A DNA stretch of 64,000 bases from Auanema rhodensis (Eukaryota > Animalia > Nematoda). The translations under genes and the position numbers were made by a program. The notes beneath the pieces are model-generated. The model had not been told where the DNA came from. It saw only the letters and a list, made by a program, of their open reading frames with translations, and did no database searches. The stretch covers positions 3,038,001 to 3,102,000 of the forward strand of contig OZ059894.1 in assembly GCA_964057225.1 (NCBI GenBank). The letters run 5' to 3'. Within the stretch, counting starts at the first letter, position 1; each line of letters starts with the position of its first letter. Positions 11,401 through 26,400 of the stretch are shown here, piece after piece.

Positions 11401-14400
11401 AAAAATTTTTGTCAAAATGTTTTTGGAAGCAATGTTGAGTGTACATGGAAACTCAACATACACTAATGCATCATTTTTCAAACGATCATAACTAATTTTT
11501 GTATTAAGCGTTTCTCAATGTAGTATAGTGCATTCGATGCGAATTTTTAAGCTGCGTCGATCTGTGTTATCAGATTTGCGCTAGCTTAAAAATGCACCGA
11601 GATATCAACTGATATAAGTTCACACTTATATCCTCGATTTTCACCCTGAAGAATTAATTTTTTCGTTGAATAACATTGTCCATCGTCTTTGCCTTGAAAA
11701 AAAGAATCTAAAAACATCTACTTTTTGCTAAATTATTCTGAAATTTTTCGAAAAAATTTTTGTCAAAATGTTTTTGGAAGCAATGTTGAGTGTACATGGA
11801 AACTCAACATACACTAATGCATCATTTTTCAAACGATCATAACTAATTTTTGTATTAAGCGTTTTTCAATGTAGTATAGTGCATTCGATGCGGATTTTCA
11901 AGCTGCGTCGATCTGTGTTATCAGATTTGCGCTAGCTTAAAAATGCACCGAGATATCAACTGATATAAGTTCACACTTATATCCTCGATTTTCACCCTGA
12001 AGAATTAATTTTTTCGATGAATAACATTGTCCATCGTCTTTGCCTTGAAAAAAGGAATCTAAAAACATCTACTTTTCGCTAAATTATTTTGAAATTTTTC
12101 GAAAAAATTTTTGTCAAAATGTTTTTGGAAGCAATGTTGAGTGTACATGGAAACTCAACATACACTAATGCATCATTTTTCAAACGATCATAACTAATTT
12201 TTGTATTAAGCGTTTTTCAATGTAGTATAGTGCATTCGATGCAGATTTTCAAGCTGCGTCGATCTGTGTTATCAGATTTGCGCTAGCTTAAAAATGCACC
12301 GAGATATCAACTGATATAAGTTCACACTTATATCCTCGATTTTCACCCTGAAGAATTAATTTTTTCGATGAATAACATTGTCCATCGTCTTTGCCTTGAA
12401 AAAAGGAATCTAAAAACATCTACTTTTCGCTAAATTATTTTGAAATTTTTCGAAAAAATTTTTGTCAAAATGTTTTTGGAAGCAATGTTGAGTGTACATG
12501 GAAACTCAACATACACTAATGCATCATTTTTCAAACGATCATAACTAATTTTTGTATTAAGCGTTTTTCAATGTAGTATAGTGCATTCGATGCGGATTTT
12601 CAAGCTGCGTCGATCTGTGTTATCAGATTTGCGCTAGCTTAAAAATGCACCGAGATATCAACTGATATAAGTTCACACTTATATCCTCGATTTTCACCCT
12701 GAAGAATTAATTTTTTCGATGAATAACATTGTCCATCGTCTTTGCCTTGAAAAAAGGAATCTAAAAACATCTACTTTTCGCTAAATTATTTTGAAATTTT
12801 TCGAAAAAATTTTTGTCAAAATGTTTTTGGAAGCAATGTTGAGTGTACATGGAAACTCAACATACACTAATGCATCATTTTTCAAACGATCATAACTAAT
12901 TTTTGTATTAAGCGTTTTTCAATGTAGTGTAGTGCATTCGATGCGGATTTTCAAGCTGCGTCGATCTGTGTTATCAGATTTGCGCTAGCTTAAAAATGCA
13001 CCGAGATATCAACTGATATAAGTTCACACTTATATCCTCAATTTTCACCCTGAAGAATTAATTTTTTCGTTGAATAACATTGTCCATCGTCTTTGCCTTG
13101 AAAAAAAGAATCTAAAAACATCTACTTTTTGCTAAATTATTTTGAAATTTTTCGAAAAAATTTTTGTCAAAATGTTTTTGGAAGCAATGTTGAGTGTACA
13201 TGGAAACTCAACATACACTAATGCATCATTTTTCAAACGATCATAACTAATTTTTGTATTGAGCGTTTTTCAATGTAGTATAGTGCATTCGATGCGGATT
13301 TTTAAGCTGCGTCGAGCTGTGTTATCAGATTTGCGCTAGCTTAAAAATGCACCGAGATATCAACTGATATAAGTTCACACTTATATCCTCGATTTTCACC
13401 CTGAAGAATTAATTTTTTCGTTGAATAACATTGTCCATCGTCTTTGCCTTGAAAAAAAGAATCTAAAAACATCTACTTTTTGCTAAATTATTTTGAAATT
13501 TTTCGAAAAAATTTTTGTCAAAATGTTTTTGGAAGCAATGTTGAGTGTACATGGAAACTCAACATACACTAATGCATCATTTTTCAAACGATCATAACTA
13601 ATTTTTGTATTAAGCGTTTTTCAATGTAGTATAGTGCATTCGATGCGGATTTTCAAGCTGCGTCGATCTGTGTTATCAGATTTGCGCTAGCTTAAAAATG
13701 CACCGAGATATCAACTGATATAAGTTCACACTTATATCCTCGATTTTCACCCTGAAAAATTAATTTTTTCGATGAATAACATTGTCCATCGTCTTTGCCT
13801 TGAAAAAAGGAATCTAAAAACATCTACTTTTCGCTAAATTATTTTGAAATTTTTCGAAAAAATTTTTGTCAAAATGTTTTTGGAAGCAATGTTGAGTGTA
13901 CATGGAAACTCAACATACACTAATGCATCATTTTTCAAACGATCATAACTAATTTTTGTATTAAGCGTTTTTCAATGTAGTATAGTGCATTCGATGCGGA
14001 TTTTCAAGCTGCGTCGATCTGTGTTATCAGATTTGCGCTAGCTTAAAAATGCACCGAGATATCAACTGATATAAGTTCACACTTATATCCTCGATTTTCA
14101 CCCTGAAGAATTAATTTTTTCGATGAATAACATTGTCCATCGTCTTTGCCTTGAAAAAAGGAATCTAAAAACATCTACTTTTCGCTAAATTATTTTGAAA
14201 TTTTTCGAAAAAATTTTTGTCAAAATGTTTTTGGAAGCAATGTTGAGTGTACATGGAAACTCAACATACACTAATGCATCATTTTTCAAACGATCATGAC
14301 TAATTTTTGTATTAAGCGTTTTTCAATGTAGTATAGTGCATTCGATGCGGATTTTCAAGCTGCGTCGATCTGTGTTATCAGATTTGCGCTAGCTTAAAAA

Positions 14401-17400
14401 TGCACCGAGATATCAACTGATATAAGTTCACACTTATATCCTCGATTTTCACCCTGAAGAATTAATTTTTTCGATGAATAACATTGTCCATCGTCTTTGC
14501 CTTGAAAAAAGGAATCTAAAAACATCTACTTTTCGCTAAATTATTTTGAAATTTTTCGAAAAAATTTTTGTCAAAATGTTTTTGGAAGCAATGTTGAGTG
14601 TACATGGAAACTCAACATACACTAATGCATCATTTTTCAAACGATCATAACTAATTTTTGTATTGAGCGTTTTTCAATGTAGTATAGTGCATTCGATGCG
14701 GATTTTTAAGCTGCGTCGAGCTGTGTTATCAGATTTGCGCTAGCTTAAAAATGCACCGAGATATCAACTGATATAAGTTCACACTTATATCCTCGATTTT
14801 CACCCTGAAGAATTAATTTTTTCGTTGAATAACATTGTCCATCGTCTTTGCCTTGAAAAAAAGAATCTAAAAACATCTACTTTTTGCTAAATTATTTTGA
14901 AATTTTTCGAAAAAATTTTTGTCAAAATGTTTTTGGAAGCAATGTTGAGTGTACATGGAAACTCAACATACACTAATGCATCATTTTTCAAACGATCATA
15001 ACTAATTTTTGTATTGAGCGTTTTTCAATGTAGTATAGTGCATTCGATGCGGATTTTTAAGCTGCGTCGAGCTGTGTTATCAGATTTGCGCTAGCTTAAA
15101 AATGCACCGAGATATCAACTGATATAAGTTCACACTTATATCCTCGATTTTCACCCTGAAGAATTAATTTTTTCGTTGAATAACATTGTCCATCGTCTTT
15201 GCCTTGAAAAAAAGAATCTAAAAACATCTACTTTTTGCTAAATTATTTTGAAATTTTTCGAAAAAATTTTTGTCAAAATGTTTTTGGAAGCAATGTTGAG
15301 TGTACATGGAAACTCAACATACACTAATGCATCATTTTTCAAACGATCATAACTAATTTTTGTATTGAGCGTTTTTCAATGTAGTATAGTGCATTCGATG
15401 CGGATTTTTAAGCTGCGTCGAGCTGTGTTATCAGATTTGCGCTAGCTTAAAAATGCACCGAGATATCAACTGATATAAGTTCACACTTATATCCTCGATT
15501 TTCACCCTGAAGAATTAATTTTTTCGTTGAATAACATTGTCCATCGTCTTTGCCTTGAAAAAAAGAATCTAAAAACATCTACTTTTTGCTAAATTATTTT
15601 GAAATTTTTCGAAAAAATTTTTGTCAAAATGTTTTTGGAAGCAATGTTGAGTGTACATGGAAACTCAACATACACTAATGCATCATTTTTCAAACGATCA
15701 TAACTAATTTTTGTATTAAGCGTTTTTCAATGTAGTATAGTGCATTCGATGCGGATTTTCAAGCTGCGTCGATCTGTGTTATCAGATTTGCGCTAGCTTA
15801 AAAATGCACCGAGATATCAACTGATATAAGTTCACACTTATATCCTCGATTTTCACCCTGAAGAATTAATTTTTTCGATGAATAACATTGTCCATCGTCT
15901 TTGCCTTGAAAAAAGGAATCTAAAAACATCTACTTTTCGCTAAATTATTTTGAAATTTTTCGAAAAAATTTTTGTCAAAATGTTTTTGGAAGCAATGTTG
16001 AGTGTACATGGAAACTCAACATACACTAATGCATCATTTTTCAAACGATCATAACTAATTTTTGTATTAAGCGTTTTTCAATGTAGTATAGTGCATTCGA
16101 TGCGGATTTTCAAGCTGCGTCGATCTGTGTTATCAGATTTGCGCTAGCTTAAAAATGCACCGAGATATCAACTGATATAAGTTCACACTTATATCCTCGA
16201 TTTTCACCCTGAAGAATTAATTTTTTCGATGAATAACATTGTCCATCGTCTTTGCCTTGAAAAAAGGAATCTAAAAACATCTACTTTTCGCTAAATTATT
16301 TTGAAATTTTTCGAAAAAATTTTTGTCAAAATGTTTTTGGAAGCAATGTTGAGTGTACATGGAAACTCAACATACACTAATGCATCATTTTTCAAACGAT
16401 CATAACTAATTTTTGTATTAAGCGTTTTTCAATGTAGTATAGTGCATTCGATGCGGATTTTCAAGCTGCGTCGATCTGTGTTATCAGATTTGCGCTAGCT
16501 TAAAAATGCACCGAGATATCAACTGATATAAGTTCACACTTATATCCTCGATTTTCACCCTGAAGAATTAATTTTTTCGATGAATAACATTGTCCATCGT
16601 CTTTGCCTTGAAAAAAGGAATCTAAAAACATCTACTTTTCGCTAAATTATTTTGAAATTTTTCGAAAAAATTTTTGTCAAAATGTTTTTGGAAGCAATGT
16701 TGAGTGTACATGGAAACTCAACATACACTAATGCATCATTTTTCAAACGATCATAACTAATTTTTGTATTGAGCGTTTTTCAATGTAGTATAGTGCATTC
16801 GATGCGGATTTTTAAGCTGCGTCGAGCTGTGTTATCAGATTTGCGCTAGCTTAAAAATGCACCGAGATATCAACTGATATAAGTTCACACTTATATCCTC
16901 GATTTTCACCCTGAAGAATTAATTTTTTCGTTGAATAACATTGTCCATCGTCTTTGCCTTGAAAAAAAGAATCTAAAAACATCTACTTTTTGCTAAATTA
17001 TTTTGAAATTTTTCGAAAAAATTTTTGTCAAAATGTTTTTGGAAGCAATGTTGAGTGTACATGGAAACTCAACATACACTAATGCATCATTTTTCAAACG
17101 ATCATAACTAATTTTTGTATTGAGCGTTTTTCAATGTAGTATAGTGCATTCGATGCGGATTTTTAAGCTGCGTCGAGCTGTGTTATCAGATTTGCGCTAG
17201 CTTAAAAATGCACCGAGATATCAACTGATATAAGTTCACACTTATATCCTCGATTTTCACCCTGAAGAATTAATTTTTTCGTTGAATAACATTGTCCATC
17301 GTCTTTGCCTTGAAAAAAAGAATCTAAAAACATCTACTTTTTGCTAAATTATTTTGAAATTTTTCGAAAAAATTTTTGTCAAAATGTTTTTGGAAGCAAT

Positions 17401-20400
17401 GTTGAGTGTACATGGAAACTCAACATACACTAATGCATCATTTTTCAAACGATCATAACTAATTTTTGTATTGAGCGTTTTTCAATGTAGTATAGTGCAT
17501 TCGATGCGGATTTTCAAGCTGCGTCGATCTGTGTTATCAGATTTGCGCTAGCTTAAAAATGCACCGAGATATCAACTGATATAAGTTCACACTTATATCC
17601 TCGATTTTCACCCTGAAGAATTAATTTTTTCGATGAATAACATTGTCCATCGTCTTTGCCTTGAAAAAAGGAATCTAAAAACATCTACTTTTCGCTAAAT
17701 TATTTTGAAATTTTCCGAAAAAATTTTTGTCAAAATGTTTTTGGAAGCAATGTTGAGTGTACATGGAAACTCAACATACACTAATGCATCATTTTTCAAA
17801 CGATCATAACTAATTTTTGTATTAAGCGTTTTTCAATGTAGTATAGTGCATTCGATGCGGATTTTCAAGCTGCGTCGATCTGTGTTATCAGATTTGCGCT
17901 AGCTTAAAAATGCACCGAGATATCAACTGATATAAGTTCACACTTATATCCTCGATTTTCACCCTGAAGAATTAATTTTTTCGATGAATAACATTGTCCA
18001 TCGTCTTTGCCTTGAAAAAAGGAATCTAAAAACATCTACTTTTCGCTAAATTATTTTGAAATTTTTCGAAAAAATTTTTGTCAAAATGTTTTTGGAAGCA
18101 ATGTTGAGTGTACATGGAAACTCAACATACACTAATGCATCATTTTTCAAACGATCATAACTAATTTTTGTATTGAGCGTTTTTCAATGTAGTATAGTGC
18201 ATTCGATGCGGATTTTTAAGCTGCGTCGAGCTGTGTTATCAGATTTGCGCTAGCTTAAAAATGCACCGAGATATCAACTGATATAAGTTCACACATATAT
18301 CCTCGATTTTCACCCTGAAGAATTAATTTTTTCGTTGAATAACATTGTCCATCGTCTTTGCCTTGAAAAAAAGAATCTAAAAACATCTACTTTTTGCTAA
18401 ATTATTTTGAAATTTTTCGAAAAAATTTTTTTCAAAATGTTTTTGGAAGCAATGTTGAGTGTACATGGAAACTCAACATACACTAATGCATCATTTTTCA
18501 AACGATCATAACTAATTTTTGTATTGAGCGGTTTTCAATGTAGTATAGTGCATTCGATGCGGATTTTTAAGCTGCGTCGATCTGTGTTATCAGATTTGCG
18601 CTAGCTTAAAAATGCACCGAGATATCAACTGATATAAGTTCACACTTATATCCTCGATTTTCACCCTGAAGAATTAATTTTTTCGATGAATAACATTGTC
18701 CATCGTCTTTGCCTTGAAAAAAGGAATCTAAAAACATCTACTTTTCGCTAAATTATTTTGAAATTTTTCGAAAAAATTTTTGTCAAAATGTTTTTGGAAG
18801 CAATGTTGAGTGTACATGGAAATTCAACATACACTAATGCATCATTTTTCAAACAATCATAACTAATTTTTGTATTAAGCGTTTTTCAATGTAGTATAGT
18901 GCATTCGATGCGGATTTTTAAGCTGCGTCGATCTGTGTTATCCGATTTGCGCTAGCTGAAAAATGCACCGAGATATCAACTGATATAAGTTCACACTTAT
19001 ATCCTCGATTTTCACCCTGAAGAATTAATTTTTTCGTTGAATAACATTGTCCATCGTCTTTGCCTTGAAAAAAGGAATCTAAAAACATCTACTTTTCGCT
19101 AAATTATTTTGAAATTTTTCGAAAAAATTTTTGTCAAAATGTTTTTGGAAGCAATGTTGAGTGTACATGGAAACTCAACATACACTAATGCATCATTTTT
19201 CAAACGATCATAACTAATTTTTGTATTGAGCGTTTTTCAATGTAGTATAGTGCATTCGATGCGGATTTTTAAGCTGCGTCGAGCTGTGTTATCAGATTTG
19301 CGCTAGCTTAAAAATGCACCGAGATATCAACTGATATAAGTTCACACTTATATCCTCGATTTTCACCCTGAAGAATTAATTTTTTCGATGAATAACATTG
19401 TCCATCGTCTTTGCCTTGAAAAAAGGAATCTAAAAACATCTACTTTTCGCTAAATTATTTTGAAATTTTTCGAAAAAATTTTTGTCAAAATGTTTTTGGA
19501 AGCAATGTTGAGTGTACATGGAAATTCAACATACACTAATGCATCATTTTTCAAACAATCATAACTAATTTTTGTATTAAGCGTTTTTCAATGTAGTATA
19601 GTGCATTCGATGCGGATTTTTAAGCTGCGTCGATCTGTGTTATCCGATTTGCGCTAGCTGAAAAATGCACCGAGATATCAACTGATATAAGTTCACACTT
19701 ATATCCTCGATTTTCACCCTGAAGAATTAATTTTTTCGTTGAATAACATTGTCCATCGTCTTTGCCTTGAAAAAAAGAATCTAAAAACATCTACTTTTTG
19801 CTAAATTATTTTGAAATTTTTCGAAAAAATTTTTGTCAAAATGTTTTTGGAAGCAATGTTGAGTGTACATGGAAACTCAACATACACTAATGCATCATTT
19901 TTCAAACGATCATAACTAATTTTTGTATTGAGCGTTTTTCAATGTAGTATAGTGCATTCGATGCGGATTTTTAAGCTGCGTCGAGCTGTGTTATCAGATT
20001 TGCGCTAGCTTAAAAATGCACCGAGATATCAACTGATATAAGTTCACACTTATATCCTCGATTTTCACCCTGAAGAATTAATTTTTTCGTTGAATAACAT
20101 TGTCCATCGTCTTTGCCTTGAAAAAAAGAATCTAAAAACATCTACTTTTTGCTAAATTATTTTGAAATTTTTCGAAAAAATTTTTGTCAAAATGTTTTTG
20201 GAAGCAATGTTGAGTGTACATGGAAACTCAACATACACTAATGCATCATTTTTCAAACGATCATAACTAATTTTTGTATTGAGCGTTTTTCAATGTAGTA
20301 TAGTGCATTCGATGCGGATTTTTAAGCTGCGTCGAGCTGTGTTATCAGATTTGCGCTAGCTTAAAAATGCACCGAGATATCAACTGATATAAGTTCACAC

Positions 20401-23400
20401 TTATATCCTCGATTTTCACCCTGAAGAATTAATTTTTTCGTTGAATAACATTGTCCATCGTCTTTGCCTTGAAAAAAAGAATCTAAAAACATCTACTTTT
20501 TGCTAAATTATTTTGAAATTTTTCGAAAAAATTTTTGTCAAAATGTTTTTGGAAGCAATGTTGAGTGTACATGGAAACTCAACATACACTAATGCATCAT
20601 TTTTCAAACGATCATAACTAATTTTTGTATTGAGCGTTTTTCAATGTAGTATAGTGCATTCGATGCGGATTTTTAAGCTGCGTCGAGCTGTGTTATCAGA
20701 TTTGCGCTAGCTTAAAAATGCACCGAGATATCAACTGATATAAGTTCACACTTATATCCTCGATTTTCACCCTGAAGAATTAATTTTTTCGATGAATAAC
20801 ATTGTCCATCGTCTTTGCCTTGAAAAAAGGAATCTAAAAACATCTACTTTTCGCTAAATTATTTTGAAATTTTTCGAAAAAATTTTTGTCAAAATGTTTT
20901 TGGAAGCAATGTTGAGTGTACATGGAAATTCAACATACACTAATGCATCATTTTTCAAACAATCATAACTAATTTTTGTATTAAGCGTTTTTCAATGTAG
21001 TATAGTGCATTCGATGCGGATTTTTAAGCTGCGTCGATCTGTGTTATCCGATTTGCGCTAGCTGAAAAATGCACCGAGATATCAACTGATATAAGTTCAC
21101 ACTTATATCCTCGATTTTCACCCTGAAGAATTAATTTTTTCGTTGAATAACATTGTCCATCGTCTTTGCCTTGAAAAAAAGAATCTAAAAACATCTACTT
21201 TTTGCTAAATTATTTTGAAATTTTTCGAAAAAATTTTTGTCAAAATGTTTTTGGAAGCAATGTTGAGTGTACATGGAAACTCAACATACACTAATGCATC
21301 ATTTTTCAAACGATCATAACTAATTTTTGTATTGAGCGTTTTTCAATGTAGTATAGTGCATTCGATGCGGATTTTTAAGCTGCGTCGAGCTGTGTTATCA
21401 GATTTGCGCTAGCTTAAAAATGCACCGAGATATCAACTGATATAAGTTCACACTTATATCCTCGATTTTCACCCTGAAGAATTAATTTTTTCGTTGAATA
21501 ACATTGTCCATCGTCTTTGCCTTGAAAAAAAGAATCTAAAAACATCTACTTTTTGCTAAATTATTTTGAAATTTTTCGAAAAAATTTTTGTCAAAATGTT
21601 TTTGGAAGCAATGTTGAGTGTACATGGAAACTCAACATACACTAATGCATCATTTTTCAAACGATCATAACTAATTTTTGTATTGAGCGTTTTTCAATGT
21701 AGTATAGTGCATTCGATGCGGATTTTTAAGCTGCGTCGAGCTGTGTTATCAGATTTGCGCTAGCTTAAAAATGCACCGAGATATCAACTGATATAAGTTC
21801 ACACTTATATCCTCGATTTTCACCCTGAAGAATTAATTTTTTCGTTGAATAACATTGTCCATCGTCTTTGCCTTGAAAAAAAGAATCTAAAAACATCTAC
21901 TTTTTGCTAAATTATTTTGAAATTTTTCGAAAAAATTTTTGTCAAAATGTTTTTGGAAGCAATGTTGAGTGTACATGGAAACTCAACATACACTAATGCA
22001 TCATTTTTCAAACGATCATAACTAATTTTTGTATTGAGCGTTTTTCAATGTAGTATAGTGCATTCGATGCGGATTTTCAAGCTGCGTCGATCTGTGTTAT
22101 CAGATTTGCGCTAGCTTAAAAATGCACCGAGATATCAACTGATATAAGTTCACACTTATATCCTCGATTTTCACCCTGAAGAATTAATTTTTTCGATGAA
22201 TAACATTGTCCATCGTCTTTGCCTTGAAAAAAGGAATCTAAAAACATCTACTTTTCGCTAAATTATTTTGAAATTTTTCGAAAAAATTTTTGTCAAAATG
22301 TTTTTGGAAGCAATGTTGAGTGTACATGGAAACTCAACATACACTAATGCATCATTTTTCAAACGATCATAACTAATTTTTGTATTAAGCGTTTTTCAAT
22401 GTAGTATAGTGCATTCGATGCGGATTTTCAAGCTGCGTCGATCTGTGTTATCAGATTTGCGCTAGCTTAAAAATGCACCGAGATATCAACTGATATAAGT
22501 TCACACTTATATCCTCGATTTTCACCCTGAAGAATTAATTTTTTCGATGAATAACATTGTCCATCGTCTTTGCCTTGAAAAAAGGAATCTAAAAACATCT
22601 ACTTTTCGCTAAATTATTTTGAAATTTTTCGAAAAAATTTTTGTCAAAATGTTTTTGGAAGCAATGTTGAGTGTACATGGAAACTCAACATACACTAATG
22701 CATCATTTTTCAAACGATCATAACTAATTTTTGTATTGAGCGTTTTTCAATGTAGTATAGTGCATTCGATGCGGATTTTTAAGCTGCGTCGAGCTGTGTT
22801 ATCAGATTTGCGCTAGCTTAAAAATGCACCGAGATATCAACTGATATAAGTTCACACTTATATCCTCGATTTTCACCCTGAAGAATTAATTTTTTCGTTG
22901 AATAACATTGTCCATCGTCTTTGCCTTGAAAAAAAGAATCTAAAAACATCTACTTTTTGCTAAATTATTTTGAAATTTTTCGAAAAAATTTTTGTCAAAA
23001 TGTTTTTGGAAGCAATGTTGAGTGTACATGGAAACTCAACATACACTAATGCATCATTTTTCAAACGATCATAACTAATTTTTGTATTAAGCGTTTTTCA
23101 ATGTAGTATAGTGCATTCGATGCGGATTTTCAAGCTGCGTCGATCTGTGTTATCAGATTTGCGCTAGCTTAAAAATGCACCGAGATATCAACTGATATAA
23201 GTTCACACTTATATCCTCGATTTTCACCCTGAAGAATTAATTTTTTCGATGAATAACATTGTCCATCGTCTTTGCCTTGAAAAAAGGAATCTAAAAACAT
23301 CTACTTTTCGCTAAATTATTTTGAAATTTTTCGAAAAAATTTTTGTCAAAATGTTTTTGGAAGCAATGTTGAGTGTACATGGAAACTCAACATACACTAA

Positions 23401-26400
23401 TGCATCATTTTTCAAACGATCATAACTAATTTTTGTATTAAGCGTTTTTCAATGTAGTATAGTGCATTCGATGCGGATTTTCAAGCTGCGTCGATCTGTG
23501 TTATCAGAGTTGCGCTAGCTTAAAAATGCACCGAGATATCAACTGATATAAGTTCACACTTATATCCTCGATTTTCACCCTGAAGAATTAATTTTTTCGA
23601 TGAATAACATTGTCCATCGTCTTTGCCTTGAAAAAAGGAATCTAAAAACATCTACTTTTCGCTAAATTATTTTGAAATTTTTCGAAAAAATTTTTGTCAA
23701 AATGTTTTTGGAAGCAATGTTGAGTGTACATGGAAACTCAACATACACTAATGCATCATTTTTCAAACGATCATAACTAATTTTTGTATTGAGCGTTTTT
23801 CAATGTAGTATAGTGCATTCGATGCGGATTTTTAAGCTGCGTCGAGCTGTGTTATCAGATTTGCGCTAGCTTAAAAATGCACCGAGATATCAACTGATAT
23901 AAGTTCACACTTATATCCTCGATTTTCACCCTGAAGAATTAATTTTTTCGTTGAATAACATTGTCCATCGTCTTTGCCTTGAAAAAAAGAATCTAAAAAC
24001 ATCTACTTTTTGCTAAATTATTTTGAAATTTTTCGAAAAAATTTTTGTCAAAATGTTTTTGGAAGCAATGTTGAGTGTACATGGAAACTCAACATACACT
24101 AATGCATCATTTTTCAAACGATCATAACTAATTTTTGTATTGAGCGTTTTTCAATGTAGTATAGTGCATTCGATGCGGATTTTTAAGCTGCGTCGAGCTG
24201 TGTTATCAGATTTGCGCTAGCTTAAAAATGCACCGAGATATCAACTGATATAAGTTCACACTTATATCCTCGATTTTCACCCTGAAGAATTAATTTTTTC
24301 GTTGAATAACATTGTCCATCGTCTTTGCCTTGAAAAAAAGAATCTAAAAACATCTACTTTTTGCTAAATTATTTTGAAATTTTTCGAAAAAATTTTTGTC
24401 AAAATGTTTTTGGAAGCAATGTTGAGTGTACATGGAAACTCAACATACACTAATGCATCATTTTTCAAACGATCATAACTAATTTTTGTATTGAGCGTTT
24501 TTCAATGTTGTATAGTGCATTCGATGCGGATTTTCAAGCTGCGTCGATCTGTGTTATCAGATTTGCGCTAGCTTAAAAATGCACCGAGATATCAACTGAT
24601 ATAAGTTCACACTTATATCCTCGATTTTCACCCTGAAGAATTAATTTTTTCGATGAATAACATTGTCCATCGTCTTTGCCTTGAAAAAAGGAATCTAAAA
24701 ACATCTACTTTTCGCTAAATTATTTTGAAATTTTTCGAAAAAATTTTTGTCAAAATGTTTTTGGAAGCAATGTTGAGTGTACATGGAAACTCAACATACA
24801 CTAATGCATCATTTTTCAAACGATCATAACTAATTTTTGTATTGAGCGGTTTTCAATGTAGTATAGTGCATTCGATGCGGATTTTTAAGCTGCGTCGATC
24901 TGTGTTATCAGATTTGCGCTAGCTTAAAAATGCACCGAGATATCAACTGATATAAGTTCACACTTATATCCTCGATTTTCACCCTGAAGAATTAATTTTT
25001 TCGATGAATAACATTGTCCATCGTCTTTGCCTTGAAAAAAGGAATCTAAAAACATCTACTTTTCGCTAAATTATTTTGAAATTTTTCGAAAAAATTTTTG
25101 TCAAAATGTTTTTGGAAGCAATGTTGAGTGTACATGGAAATTCAACATACACTAATGCATCATTTTTCAAACAATCATAACTAATTTTTGTATTAAGCGT
25201 TTTTCAATGTAGTATAGTGCATTCGATGCGGATTTTTAAGCTGCGTCGATCTGTGTTATCCGATTTGCGCTAGCTGAAAAATGCACCGAGATATCAACTG
25301 ATATAAGTTCACACTTATATCCTCGATTTTCACCCTGAAGAATTAATTTTTTCGTTGAATAACATTGTCCATCGTCTTTGCCTTGAAAAAAGGAATCTAA
25401 AAACATCTACTTTTCGCTAAATTATTTTGAAATTTTTCGAAAAAATTTTTGTCAAAATGTTTTTGGAAGCAATGTTGAGTGTACATGGAAACTCAACATA
25501 CACTAATGCATCATTTTTCAAACGATCATAACTAATTTTTGTATTGAGCGTTTTTCAATGTAGTATAGTGCATTCGATGCGGATTTTTAAGCTGCGTCGA
25601 GCTGTGTTATCAGATTTGCGCTAGCTTAAAAATGCACCGAGATATCAACTGATATAAGTTCACACTTATATCCTCGATTTTCACCCTGAAGAATTAATTT
25701 TTTCGATGAATAACATTGTCCATCGTCTTTGCCTTGAAAAAAGGAATCTAAAAACATCTACTTTTCGCTAAATTATTTTGAAATTTTTCGAAAAAATTTT
25801 TGTCAAAATGTTTTTGGAAGCAATGTTGAGTGTACATGGAAATTCAACATACACTAATGCATCATTTTTCAAACAATCATAACTAATTTTTGTATTAAGC
25901 GTTTTTCAATGTAGTATAGTGCATTCGATGCGGATTTTTAAGCTGCGTCGATCTGTGTTATCCGATTTGCGCTAGCTGAAAAATGCACCGAGATATCAAC
26001 TGATATAAGTTCACACTTATATCCTCGATTTTCACCCTGAAGAATTAATTTTTTCGTTGAATAACATTGTCCATCGTCTTTGCCTTGAAAAAAGGAATCT
26101 AAAAACATCTACTTTTCGCTAAATTATTTTGAAATTTTTCGAAAAAATTTTTTTCAAAATGTTTTTGGAAGCAATGTTGAGTGTACATGGAAACTCAACA
26201 TACACTAATGCATCATTTTTCAAACGATCATAACTAATTTTTGTATTGAGCGTTTTTCAATGTAGTATAGTGCATTCGATGCGGATTTTTAAGCTGCGTC
26301 GAGCTGTGTTATCAGATTTGCGCTAGCTTAAAAATGCACCGAGATATCAACTGATATAAGTTCACACATATATCCTAGATTTTCACCCTGAAGAATTAAT

